DNA of 63,184 nt, filler included. It is 5 parts of 5 records of this genome, joined end to end, with 100 filler letters (N's around TTAATTAATTAA, not from the genome) between each part and the next. Parts side by side here need not be neighbours in the genome. Positions count along the whole stretch, not along the records: positions 13,879 to 30,989 come from DRR723986_14232; 4 more parts are not named here. One strand, given 5' to 3'. The translations under genes were made by a program, and so were the position numbers. Positions 16,395 through 25,607 of the stretch are shown here, one piece after another; the stretch's first letter is position 1; each line of letters starts with the position of its first letter. The notes beneath the pieces were generated by a model, which saw only the letters and a list, made by a program, of their open reading frames with translations, was not told the DNA's origin and searched no databases.

Positions 16395-17867
16395 TTATGC
16401 GGCATTGAACCGATCAATCATATTGTCCCAAACCGGCACCAGATCCATCAAACCATCCCAGAACGATTGGTCGCGGCGGCGATCGAAGGCTTCAAGTGAG
16501 ATGCCCTGCTGCTCGACCCATGTGTAATAGGCTAGATTGAAGATGCGCTCTCGGTCAAAACGGCCAAGCTCTTGCGTGTGATCGATGCCCGTACCCAGAA
16601 TATGCTGACCGAATGCCTCTGCTGCCTGCACTTCCCCAAAGCTCCCACCAAAGTGGCGGTCCTCTGCTATGACCATCTCAGTGTGATACATATCGGCACC
16701 ATCGGTCGCGACCGTCAGCACCACGTCGTCCGAGTTGAGATCATTGAAACTGGCATATTTGATCGCACCGATGATGTTCGCGATGGAAGACAGACCCAGA
16801 TCACCCAACTGTGCAATCTGTTCCTGGGGCAAACCACGGTGCTGTGACAGGTACGCGCGGCCCGCAGACGTGTTGAAGACAAGGTTCAGATCATCACAGG
16901 CCTTATCAGAGACTCCTATAACAAAATCGGACCCCATGACGTTGTGAATAAGTGGAACATGCTTGTCGCCGATACCCTGAATATTGTGCTCGCCATAGCC
17001 GTTATAAAGCAGAGTCGGGCATTCCAGCGCCTCGATCACACCCGTCTGTGTGCCCAGCGCCTTTTTCAGGTGATCCCCTGCCGCCAGCGTTCCGGCCGAG
17101 CCCGTCGCAGCGACAAAGGCGCGCGCAGTCTTCGTGCCATCCGCATTGACGTGATCAAACACCCGCTGCAAAGCCGGGCCGGTCACCGCACGGTGAATGA
17201 CGTAGTTTCCGTATTCGCCAAACTGGTTCAGGATCAAGTTGCCAGGGTCTTTCGCCAGTTCGTGACAGGCGTCATAGATTTCCTTGACATTGCTCTCCGT
17301 GCCTGGCGTGCGGTAAATGTCATTCTGGTCCGCCAGCCAGCGGTTCAGCCAATCGAACCGCTCCTTGCTCATGCCCTCGGGCAGAACGGCCACCGACCGG
17401 CAGCCCAACAGGGTCGCAATCGCGACGCCGCCGCGACAATAGTTGCCGGTGGATGGCCACACAGCCCGGTGCCGGGTGGCGTCAAAAGCGCCAGACATCA
17501 ACCGCGGGATCAGGCAACCATAGGCCGCTAGAACCTTGTGCGTGTTGATCATCGGAAACCGATTGCCCAAGGCAACAACGATCTTCGCTTTCACACCAGT
17601 CAGAGCATCGGGGAGGACGACATGCTCTGGCACCGGCACCAGGCTGCGGCGGTCTGCCCCGTTATGCCAATGCACGCGGAAGAGGTTACGTGCATCGGGA
17701 CCATCGGGGTCCGCATCTTTGATTTCTGCCATCATGTCCGCAAGATGCACGGCCGGATCAGCGAGTTCGGAAATGCGTGGCAGCGCAAGCCCGAGAGAGC
17801 GCAAGCTTTCTACATTGCGGTCGTAGCTTTCTTGATGCGTGATTGCAGTCTCCAGCCCTGGAATCAT
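16395..17867 (-). CDS. PLP-dependent fold-type II enzyme (cysteine synthase/Trp-synthase-beta-like, uncharacterised)
   Basis: HKVLAAY (Lys), WPSTGNYCRGG, ATGSAGT, HNIQGIGDKHVP. Confidence 0.85.
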   Translation of the reverse strand: MIPGLETAITHQESYDRNVESLRSLGLALPRISELADPAVHLADMMAEIKDADPDGPDARNLFRVHWHNGADRRSLVPVPEHVVLPDALTGVKAKIVVALGNRFPMINTHKVLAAYGCLIPRLMSGAFDATRHRAVWPSTGNYCRGGVAIATLLGCRSVAVLPEGMSKERFDWLNRWLADQNDIYRTPGTESNVKEIYDACHELAKDPGNLILNQFGEYGNYVIHRAVTGPALQRVFDHVNADGTKTARAFVAATGSAGTLAAGDHLKKALGTQTGVIEALECPTLLYNGYGEHNIQGIGDKHVPLIHNVMGSDFVIGVSDKACDDLNLVFNTSAGRAYLSQHRGLPQEQIAQLGDLGLSSIANIIGAIKYASFNDLNSDDVVLTVATDGADMYHTEMVIAEDRHFGGSFGEVQAAEAFGQHILGTGIDHTQELGRFDRERIFNLAYYTWVEQQGISLEAFDRRRDQSFWDGLMDLVPVWDNMIDRFNAA

Positions 17868-18217
17868 CTCTTGCTCCCTGTCTTGTTGGCAAAGCCATCA
17901 TCAGGTTAGCTGCGATTTGAGAGAAAAAAGCGCAATCTGCCGCATAATCATGACGAAATTGATTGCTGAATCAGCGATCACAACGCTTTTGGGCATCGCA
18001 GAAAGCCTGGCGTGTTTGCGGTCGATATCTGCGGGTTGTTTTCACCTCTTGATGGAGCTGAATGCGGTTGACGCGGGGAAACTCAATACGCGCTTCCGGT
18101 CCTTTTGGCGTTCCAATCAGGGCAATCCGTGCAGGATTTCGTCGTCGTTTGGCAGTCCTTTGATGTAAAATTCAGCGCAGCGCCCCCTATCTTGGCCCCA
18201 ATCAAGCGTAGGGCAAG

Positions 18218-19366
18218 ATGAAGACATTTGATGAGAAATTGACAGACCTTCGCCGGTCGTTTCACCGCGATCCAGAGGTTGGTTTTGACGAAGTGCGCAC
18301 CAAGGCCAAAGTTGCGCAACAGCTTCGTGCTTTGGGTGTGGAAGTGCATGAGGGGGCCGGCGTCGTCGGCGTCCTGCGATCGGGTGGCGGGAATCGTACC
18401 ATCGGGTTGCGCGCAGACATGGACGCGCTTCCGATCAGGGAAAGCAGCTCGCATGATTATGTCTCGCAAAACGACGGCGTGATGCATGCCTGTGGTCACG
18501 ACGGCCACATGACCATGCTGCTTGGAGCGACCGAGATACTGGCAAATGAGCCTGACTTCGATGGCCAGGCCGTGTTCATTTTTCAACCGAATGAGGAACA
18601 CGGGCTAGGCGCACGCGCCATGATCGACGGCGGCCTTTTGGAACAGTTCCCACTGGATGAGGTTTACGCCATTCACAACCTGCCCGGCGCAGCTTTGGGC
18701 GAGCTCTCCACCCGCGTTGGACAGATCTGCGCCAGCGAAAGCCTGTTTGAAATTGAGATCAAGGGGCAAGGCGGCCACGCGTCGATGCCACATGTCGGCG
18801 TTGATGCCATCACGGTTGGCGCCGAGATAATCCAGGCGCTGCAAACCATCGTGTCCCGAAAGCTGGCACCGAGTTGCGGGGCCGTTGTCTCGGTCACGGA
18901 ATTCCTGACGAATGGGCAACGCAATGTCCTGCCGGGGACCGCAACGTTGAAGGGCGATGTGCGGACCAGGCTGCCGCAGGACAGGCACGACGTCGAACGG
19001 TTCATGCGTCAGATCGTCGATGGTATTGCCGCAGCCCATGGCGTTGGTGCCACGGTCGCCTTCAACACCGAATTCATCGAAACCATAAATGCCCCCGGCC
19101 CCACCGAAGCGGCGATTCAGGCCGCACGAAACGCGGGCCTCGATGCTATACCTGATCGTCCCCCCATGAGCTTCTCCGAGGATTTCGCCCATTTCTGCGC
19201 CGCGGTTCCGGGATGCTTTCTGCTTCTGGGAAATGGGACCGAGGGACCCTATGGCCAACCTCTGCACGCCTCAGATTACGACTTCAACGACGCGCTTCTT
19301 CCTATCGGTGCAGCCTTCTGGGCGCAGCTTGTGAGGGACCGCTTGCCAAAAGGAAGAACCAAATGA
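18218..19366 (+). CDS. M20D amidohydrolase (hippurate hydrolase-like)
   Basis: LRADMDALP, MHACGHDGH, FQPNEE, GGHASMPH, SEDF. Confidence 0.92.
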   Translation: MKTFDEKLTDLRRSFHRDPEVGFDEVRTKAKVAQQLRALGVEVHEGAGVVGVLRSGGGNRTIGLRADMDALPIRESSSHDYVSQNDGVMHACGHDGHMTMLLGATEILANEPDFDGQAVFIFQPNEEHGLGARAMIDGGLLEQFPLDEVYAIHNLPGAALGELSTRVGQICASESLFEIEIKGQGGHASMPHVGVDAITVGAEIIQALQTIVSRKLAPSCGAVVSVTEFLTNGQRNVLPGTATLKGDVRTRLPQDRHDVERFMRQIVDGIAAAHGVGATVAFNTEFIETINAPGPTEAAIQAARNAGLDAIPDRPPMSFSEDFAHFCAAVPGCFLLLGNGTEGPYGQPLHASDYDFNDALLPIGAAFWAQLVRDRLPKGRTK

Positions 19367-20559
19367 TGACGACCCTCCTCCCCAAAGCGCAAATCGGACA
19401 TATCGCAGTGAACCCAGCGGAAGGAGACGCCGCATTCCGTGTTCTGACAGATGTAGATTTCAGAACAGCGCGCGACGAGATCACCTCATGGGACGGCTAT
19501 GCAGCAACGCCGCTGGTCTCACTTGCCGCAGTCGCCGCCGAGATTGGCGTTGGCGAAATTCTTTACAAGGATGAAGGCCCGCGCTTTGGGCTTGGCAGCT
19601 TCAAGGCATTGGGCGGGTCCTATGCGGCCTTGCGCGTACTGCAACGTGAGATCTCAAGCCGCTTGGGCAAGGATGTTTCCCTTGCTGACATCAGAAACGG
19701 GGCATACGCCGAAGACTGCGCGAAGATCACGCTTGTATCTGCAACCGACGGCAACCACGGACGCTCACTTGCCTGGGGCTGCAAACGCTTTGGCGTGCCT
19801 TGCCGCATCTACATCCATGCGGAGGTTAGCGAGGGTCGCGCTGCGGCCATGCGGGATCTTGGGGCCGAAGTTATCCGGATTGAGGGGGATTATGACGAGT
19901 CGGTCCTGCTTGCAAAATCCGAGGCCGAAGAAAACGGTTGGTTCGTGGTCTCCGACACGTCCTGGCCCGGCTATTCGCTGCCGCCGCGCGATGTGATGAG
20001 TGGCTATGGCGTCATGGTGCAAGAGATCTGCGATGCGCTGGATCAGGCACCGACCCACGTGTTTTTGCAAGGCGGAGTTGGTGGGCTGGCCGCTGGCGTG
20101 ATTGCAGCGCTGCGCCAGTACTGGGGCGATGCTTCTCCCCGGCCGATCATTGTCGAACCGGAACTGGCCGCTTGCCTGTTTGAAAGCGCTAAGACCGGTA
20201 AGGCAACGAAAGTGGACATAGCAGAAGAAACACTGATGGCAGGGCTGTCCTGCGGCGAACCCTCAGGGCTCGCGTGGGAAATCCTTTCAGAAGAAGCCAC
20301 TGATTACCTGACGATCCCCGAGGAACTGGTTGCCCCAACAGTGCGCCTGCTGGCCAAACCGCTTGGCAATGATGCGGCTGTGGAAGCCGGGGAAAGTGCC
20401 ATCGCAGGGCTGGCTGCCCTGATTGCAGCGATGGCAGATCCATCCCTTGCTGAAAAACTTGGCCTGTCTTCGGCCTCACGTGTATTGTTGATCGGGTCGG
20501 AAGGTGTGACGGACCAGGCAATCTTCAACATGATCATGGAAGGCCATGAAGCCGCGTGA
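19363..20559 (+). CDS. Diaminopropionate ammonia-lyase family PLP enzyme
   Basis: YKDEGPRFGLGSFKALGG, ATDGNHGRS, SDTSWPGY, QGGVGG, TLMAGLSCGEPS; ATGA overlap with the M20 gene. Confidence 0.9.
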   Translation: MMTTLLPKAQIGHIAVNPAEGDAAFRVLTDVDFRTARDEITSWDGYAATPLVSLAAVAAEIGVGEILYKDEGPRFGLGSFKALGGSYAALRVLQREISSRLGKDVSLADIRNGAYAEDCAKITLVSATDGNHGRSLAWGCKRFGVPCRIYIHAEVSEGRAAAMRDLGAEVIRIEGDYDESVLLAKSEAEENGWFVVSDTSWPGYSLPPRDVMSGYGVMVQEICDALDQAPTHVFLQGGVGGLAAGVIAALRQYWGDASPRPIIVEPELAACLFESAKTGKATKVDIAEETLMAGLSCGEPSGLAWEILSEEATDYLTIPEELVAPTVRLLAKPLGNDAAVEAGESAIAGLAALIAAMADPSLAEKLGLSSASRVLLIGSEGVTDQAIFNMIMEGHEAA

Positions 20560-20601
20560 TTGGTTGGAATCTGACCCGAACATCGATGGTGAGGGCTCCA
20601 G

Positions 20602-20973
20602 ATGACCAAATACAAACCCGGGGATGACGTTGGGCCACTGCAATACTGGCCCTTCGACGCCCCGGAAAGCAATTATGTGATCACCCGAGGCGCTCCAAAA
20701 ACCTTTGGGCGCATTGATGCGGGCGGGCCGGGGCACACGACCCGATATGGGATTTGGCGTTGTACCAAGGGTGCGTTTGAATGCACTGAACAGGGCGATG
20801 AGCTGATGACCATCTTATCGGGAAGATGCCGATTGATTCAGCACGACACGGGCCAAACTATCGACCTTGGCCCAGGTGACAGCCTGTTTGTCAGAGATGG
20901 CAAACGAGTGACCTGGGATGTCAGCGAAGACATCACGAAGGTTTTCTTCGGCCACAAAGCGAGCGGTTACTGA
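20602..20973 (+). CDS. Cupin (DUF861/EutQ-like)
   Basis: GIWRCTKGAF...DELMTILSGR...GPGDSLF...VTWDVSEDITKVF. Confidence 0.85.
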   Translation: MTKYKPGDDVGPLQYWPFDAPESNYVITRGAPKTFGRIDAGGPGHTTRYGIWRCTKGAFECTEQGDELMTILSGRCRLIQHDTGQTIDLGPGDSLFVRDGKRVTWDVSEDITKVFFGHKASGY

Positions 20974-21758
20974 GGCAGAAGTTCTGTGCCCGGATGCTGA
21001 AACAACTGCCCGAATCCGGTGAACCTGTCCGAGAGTCCCGCGCGCCGCAGGCAGCTCCAGAATTGCGCCTGATTTGACGTGATCACCGGCTTGCCGACAA
21101 TCTGCTCAATCTCTTCGGCCACTTCCAGTGCGCGGATACCGCCGCAAGACAAAAAGATCGCATCTGCCTCGGGCCGATCAATCTGAACAGCAAACTCTTT
21201 CCAGAAGGCGGGGGTGACCTGCCCAAACTCGACCCCCGTTTCAAGGTTGAGCCCCTGAATGTCGAGGATGTCGAAGCCCTTCTGAACCAGAAACTCTGCT
21301 TCGGCAGTGTTGATTTCATCCAGATACGGCGTTCCGACCACCAGTTTTTGCGCGCCCACGGCCCGCAATGCATCAACCACGCCCGTCACAATGCACATGG
21401 GTTGCGCCCAGGGCGCACCCTTGACGATTGCGTCGAACACGGCTTGCTCGCCGTTGACGATGGACCCGCTGGTGCAGCCATAGCTGATCACCTCGGGCTT
21501 CATGTCAGGTTGCAATCGCGAAGCCGCGTCGGCCATATGGTGGATATGCTGGGCGAGGGTTTCGCGCGTGGTATAGTCATCGGTCTTCAAACGGGTGATG
21601 TGAATGCCAACACCCTGAGGTGCCATGTCGAAGAAATCCTGCTCGCTCGCAAGATCCGTCGACATCAATATGAAACCGAGCCGTGCCCTCGCATGGCGCC
21701 CGGCATCCAGAATCGGAGCCCAATTCCGGGATTTGACCTCATCACCCGCTGAAAACAT
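20967..21758 (-). CDS. Maleate isomerase / Asp-Glu racemase family protein (EutA-like) 1
   Basis: YGCTSGS, TPY, DAIFLSCGG, KPVITSNQA. Confidence 0.88.
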   Translation of the reverse strand: MFSAGDEVKSRNWAPILDAGRHARARLGFILMSTDLASEQDFFDMAPQGVGIHITRLKTDDYTTRETLAQHIHHMADAASRLQPDMKPEVISYGCTSGSIVNGEQAVFDAIVKGAPWAQPMCIVTGVVDALRAVGAQKLVVGTPYLDEINTAEAEFLVQKGFDILDIQGLNLETGVEFGQVTPAFWKEFAVQIDRPEADAIFLSCGGIRALEVAEEIEQIVGKPVITSNQAQFWSCLRRAGLSDRFTGFGQLFQHPGTELLPQ

Positions 21759-21783
21759 TGAGACCTCTTTCGTATGGCCAGTA

Positions 21784-22599
21784 TCAGACGGCCTCTTTTA
21801 CCGCGCTGAGGAATTGCTGTGTGCGCTCACGTTTTGGGCTTCCGAACAGTTCTGCCGGCGGTCCCTGTTCTTCGATCTTGCCGCGGTAGAAAAAGCAGAC
21901 GCGATCCGAAATATCGCGGGCAAAGCCCATCTGGTGCGTGACCATCAGCATTGTCAGATTGTGCTCTGACACGAGCTTGCGAATGACGTTCGTCACCTCG
22001 CCGATGACCTCGGGGTCAAGCGCCGACGTTACCTCGTCAAACAGCATCACCTTGGGGCGCATCGCCAGCGCGCGCGCAATCGCCACGCGCTGTTGCTGCC
22101 CACCCGAGAGCCGCGATGGGTGTTGATCCTTCTTGTCCGCCATGCCCACGAGTTCAAGCAACTCCTCGCCACGATCGCGCGCCTCAGCCTTGGACAGACC
22201 GAGCACCTGAACCGGTCCTTCCATGCAATTCTGGATCGCCGTCATATGCGGGAACAGGTTGAAGTGTTGAAAGCACATCCCGATATCGCTGCGCCGGGCG
22301 CGCAGGTGCTTCTCGCTTGCCGGGACAAGCTTGCCATTTTTCTCCATATGGGTCAGCGGCTTGCCGTCTACGTAGATGACCCCGCCATTGATCTGTTCCA
22401 GCGTCATCAGCATCCGCAGAACAGTTGTCTTTCCCGAACCGGACGGTCCGATGATTGACACCATCTCGCCGGCAGACACATCCAGATCCAGATCGTCCAG
22501 AACCACCAATGACCCATAGGCCTTGCGCACTTTCCTGAAGCTGACCATCGGCTGGCCCGCGCCCGTGATTTCAGTTGGGAAACCAGTCAGATCTTCCAT
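21784..22599 (-). CDS. ehuA: Ectoine/hydroxyectoine-type ABC transporter ATP-binding subunit
   Basis: GPSGSGKTT, LSGGQQQRVAIARALAMRP, FDEVTSALDPE, EhuA-like LTHM...LVPA insert. Confidence 0.85.
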   Translation of the reverse strand: MEDLTGFPTEITGAGQPMVSFRKVRKAYGSLVVLDDLDLDVSAGEMVSIIGPSGSGKTTVLRMLMTLEQINGGVIYVDGKPLTHMEKNGKLVPASEKHLRARRSDIGMCFQHFNLFPHMTAIQNCMEGPVQVLGLSKAEARDRGEELLELVGMADKKDQHPSRLSGGQQQRVAIARALAMRPKVMLFDEVTSALDPEVIGEVTNVIRKLVSEHNLTMLMVTHQMGFARDISDRVCFFYRGKIEEQGPPAELFGSPKRERTQQFLSAVKEAV

Positions 22600-22602
22600 T
22601 TC

Positions 22603-23304
22603 TTACATTCCTAGTTTGCGGCGCACGAATCCTTCGAATGCGCGGATTAGGCCAGCAGCGGGCAATGACAGCGCCAGGAAGATCACACCGACCATGGTAT
22701 AGGCCTCCAGGTAGCGCCAAGTCTCAGAGCCGATTGAATTGGCAGTATGGATCAACTCGGCAACGCCGATTACCGATAGCATTGGCGTGTCCTTGAAGAT
22801 CCCGACAAGGTAGTTGCCTAGCCCCGGAATTGCGGGCGGGATAGCCTGGGGGATGATCAGCCGCTTATAGGTCTGGGCGGTGGTCATGTTCAGGGCTATC
22901 GCCGCTTCCCACTGCCCCCTTGGCACACTGTCCAGCCCGCCCCGGTAGACCTCGGACAGGTAGCAGGAGTAGTGCAAACCGATCGCTATCATGCCGGACA
23001 CCCAAGGGCTGAGCGTGATCCCAACCTGCGGCCCGACATAAAAGATAAAGAAGATCTGAAGGAGCAACGGAGTCGAACGGACAAATTCCACGAACTCTCG
23101 CACCACAAAGGTCAGAAGCCTGCTTGGGCTACGCTGTGCAAGGGCAATGACAAGCCCAAGAACCAGCGCAATGGCATAGCCCGAGGCCGCCGCAATCAGC
23201 GTGTTGCCTGTCGCCTCGATCAGACGCGGCAGGATCTCCCAGGTGTGGTCCCAACGCCAGTCAAATCTGGGGAACCAGTCGTCTGCGAAAAGCCAATCAA
23301 GCAC
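22603..23304 (-). CDS. ehuD: Ectoine-type ABC transporter permease (EhuD-like)
   Basis: EFVRSTPLLLQ, GLHYSCYLSEVYRGG, GNYLVGIFKDTP. Confidence 0.8.
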   Translation of the reverse strand: MLDWLFADDWFPRFDWRWDHTWEILPRLIEATGNTLIAAASGYAIALVLGLVIALAQRSPSRLLTFVVREFVEFVRSTPLLLQIFFIFYVGPQVGITLSPWVSGMIAIGLHYSCYLSEVYRGGLDSVPRGQWEAAIALNMTTAQTYKRLIIPQAIPPAIPGLGNYLVGIFKDTPMLSVIGVAELIHTANSIGSETWRYLEAYTMVGVIFLALSLPAAGLIRAFEGFVRRKLGM

Positions 23305-23307
23305 GGG

Positions 23308-23973
23308 TCAGGTCCTTCCCAGTTTGCGTGCCATGAACACTTCAAGCCATCGCATGAATGGGGTCAGCAGGAAGCGGGCCAAGACGTAGTAGATGAGCAG
23401 GGCCGCGCCGAAGATTTGTGCCGATTGATAGGTGCTCGCGTTGATCTGCTTGGCCTGAAACATAAGGTCGGTCACAGAGATCAGTGACACAAGCGCGGTG
23501 CCTTTCAGGATTTCGATCATCAGGTTGCCCCACGCGGGCAGCATATTGACCAGCGCCTGAGGGAGAATGATACGCCACATGCGCCGTGCCGCGCTCATGT
23601 TGATCGCAGTTGCCGCCTCCCATTGGCCTTTTGGAACCGCCATGATGCCACCGCGAACCAGCTCGGCCCCGTAGGCACCCGCGTTCAAGCCAATGGCAAT
23701 CCAACCTGCTGCGAATTTCTCAAGGGTGAGACCGAACAGCGGTAGCACAAAGAAGATCCAATAAAGTTGAACGAGCAGCGAGGTGCCTCGGAACACCTCG
23801 ATGTACACAACGGACGAGCCCTTGATCAGCCTGTTCGATGACATCTTCATCAACCCGAACAAGAGCGCCAGCACGACGGTCAGGACCGCCCCAAGCAGGA
23901 ACTGGGCAACCGTAACACCCGTGCCTGACAAAAGGAGTGGCCAGTACTGGCCATAGAATTCAAGAAGACCCAT
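23308..23973 (-). CDS. ehuC: Ectoine-type ABC transporter permease (EhuC-like)
   Basis: YIEVFRGTSLLVQLYW, GAYGAELVRGG, GQWEAA. Confidence 0.8.
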   Translation of the reverse strand: MGLLEFYGQYWPLLLSGTGVTVAQFLLGAVLTVVLALLFGLMKMSSNRLIKGSSVVYIEVFRGTSLLVQLYWIFFVLPLFGLTLEKFAAGWIAIGLNAGAYGAELVRGGIMAVPKGQWEAATAINMSAARRMWRIILPQALVNMLPAWGNLMIEILKGTALVSLISVTDLMFQAKQINASTYQSAQIFGAALLIYYVLARFLLTPFMRWLEVFMARKLGRT

Positions 23974-24053
23974 ATATTCGCTCGATCCCGAGAGTTTTCA
24001 AAGAGAGTGGCAAACCGTTCAGGTCTGCCACTCATGTTGCTTTCACAATGCGA

Positions 24054-24887
24054 TCAGCGGTTTGCGCAGGCCCATTCGGTCGTTGTGTCGCCCGGCAAAT
24101 GGACCTCGGTGTATTCGTGCTCGCTGACAAGCGCCATCATCTCATCGGAGCCGATATAGGGTGCAAGCGCCTCGTTGAACCTGTCGACGAAGTCCTGGTC
24201 CGCGTGACGGAAGCCAATCGCAGCGTAGTTCTTGCTCCAGTCTTCCATCTGCGACGAGTCAGCAAGATCGACTTCCTCGTGATCTGCCGCCAGGTGCTGT
24301 GCTTCGAAGTCCGTCAGAACAGCAGCGTCAGCGCGTCCTGCGATCAGCGCCGCCAGCATTTCGGTCGGACCGGGAACCTGCATGATATTCTCATTTGCAA
24401 TGCCCAGATTCCGGGCCGCTTCAACCGTGTTGTAGCCGGCGCCGGTCACCATGATGTGGCCACCTTCGAGAATGTCGGTATAGCTGTTGATGTCTTCGGG
24501 GTTTCCTGCGGCAACCAGAATGCCGTCACCCGATCTGGCAACAGGCTCCGAGAATGCGACGTTTTCACAACGCGATCCCAGCACATACATACCGCCGGTA
24601 ATCAGGTCGAAACGCTCGGCCCTCAGGCCCGGGATCAACCCACCCCAGTCAGTCACAACCGGCTCGATGTTGGTCAGGCCCATCGACGCGAGCACCTGGA
24701 TCGCTATGTCGTTGGTGAAGCCATCCGCTTCGCCGTTTTCATTGGGATAGCCCCACAGCGGGATATTGGCGAAACCGATGCGGATGGTTTCACCGGCGTC
24801 AATACGGTCTTGCAAAGGACCAGCAAGCACGGTTGTTGTTGTTGCGATCACGATGCCTGCGGCGAGTAGCGATTTGGTTAGTTTCAT
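24054..24887 (-). CDS. ehuB: Ectoine-type ABC transporter substrate-binding protein (EhuB-like)
   Basis: Signal peptide; IRIGFAN..WGY, DWGGLIPGL...RFD...GMY...RC..VAFSEP. Confidence 0.75.
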   Translation of the reverse strand: MKLTKSLLAAGIVIATTTTVLAGPLQDRIDAGETIRIGFANIPLWGYPNENGEADGFTNDIAIQVLASMGLTNIEPVVTDWGGLIPGLRAERFDLITGGMYVLGSRCENVAFSEPVARSGDGILVAAGNPEDINSYTDILEGGHIMVTGAGYNTVEAARNLGIANENIMQVPGPTEMLAALIAGRADAAVLTDFEAQHLAADHEEVDLADSSQMEDWSKNYAAIGFRHADQDFVDRFNEALAPYIGSDEMMALVSEHEYTEVHLPGDTTTEWACANR

Positions 24888-25142
24888 GAGTTAGTATCCT
24901 CCTTGTTAGGTGAAGTCGGGAAACGCGCTATTGGTACTCGAGGTCTCTCGGGAATGCGCAGACAACAGGTGTCGAACGAATGCTCCTTGGACGTCCAGTT
25001 CGGCGCAAGTTTTGGTTCTGTAGCGTCCCCCCCAAGTCAACCACCTTGATGCTAGGGACAGAACGAGAGCGATTTCGTCAAATTTCCCTGAACCGCGACA
25101 AAATTCGTTGCTATTTTCGGAAATCTTGATCTAGATCGGATC

Positions 25143-25592
25143 ATGGATGACAAAGATCTAGAGATACTCAAACTGGTTCAAAGCGACGCGCGACTGACGG
25201 CGGAAGCGCTTGGTTTTGAAATTGGACTGTCGCCGCCAGCTGTTCAGAAACGCCTCAAAAAGCTGCGAGAAACCGGCACAATCGAGCGCGAAATAGCGGT
25301 GCTATCCCCGACCGCACTAGGCCGGGGGATGACCGTGATTGTCCAGGTCATGCTCGAGCGGGAGAGCCGTCGACACCTGGATGATTTCAAGCGCCGCATG
25401 CGCAGTGCGCCGGCCGTCCAACAGTGCTATTATGCGACTGGCGAGGCCGATTTCATCCTGGTCGTGATCGTGCAGGATATTGCCGAGTACGAGCAATTCA
25501 CCCAGGAATATTTTTTCGATTCATCCAACGTCAGCAAGTTCACGTCTTCAATTGTCATGGACCGCGTCAAGGTGTCGTTGGATATCATCTAG
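25143..25592 (+). CDS. Lrp/AsnC family transcriptional regulator
   Basis: DLEILKLVQSDARL...GLSPPAVQKRLKKL; QQCYYATGEADF. Confidence 0.93.
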   Translation: MDDKDLEILKLVQSDARLTAEALGFEIGLSPPAVQKRLKKLRETGTIEREIAVLSPTALGRGMTVIVQVMLERESRRHLDDFKRRMRSAPAVQQCYYATGEADFILVVIVQDIAEYEQFTQEYFFDSSNVSKFTSSIVMDRVKVSLDII

Positions 25593-25607
25593 CCCAACAG
25601 CGCGCGC

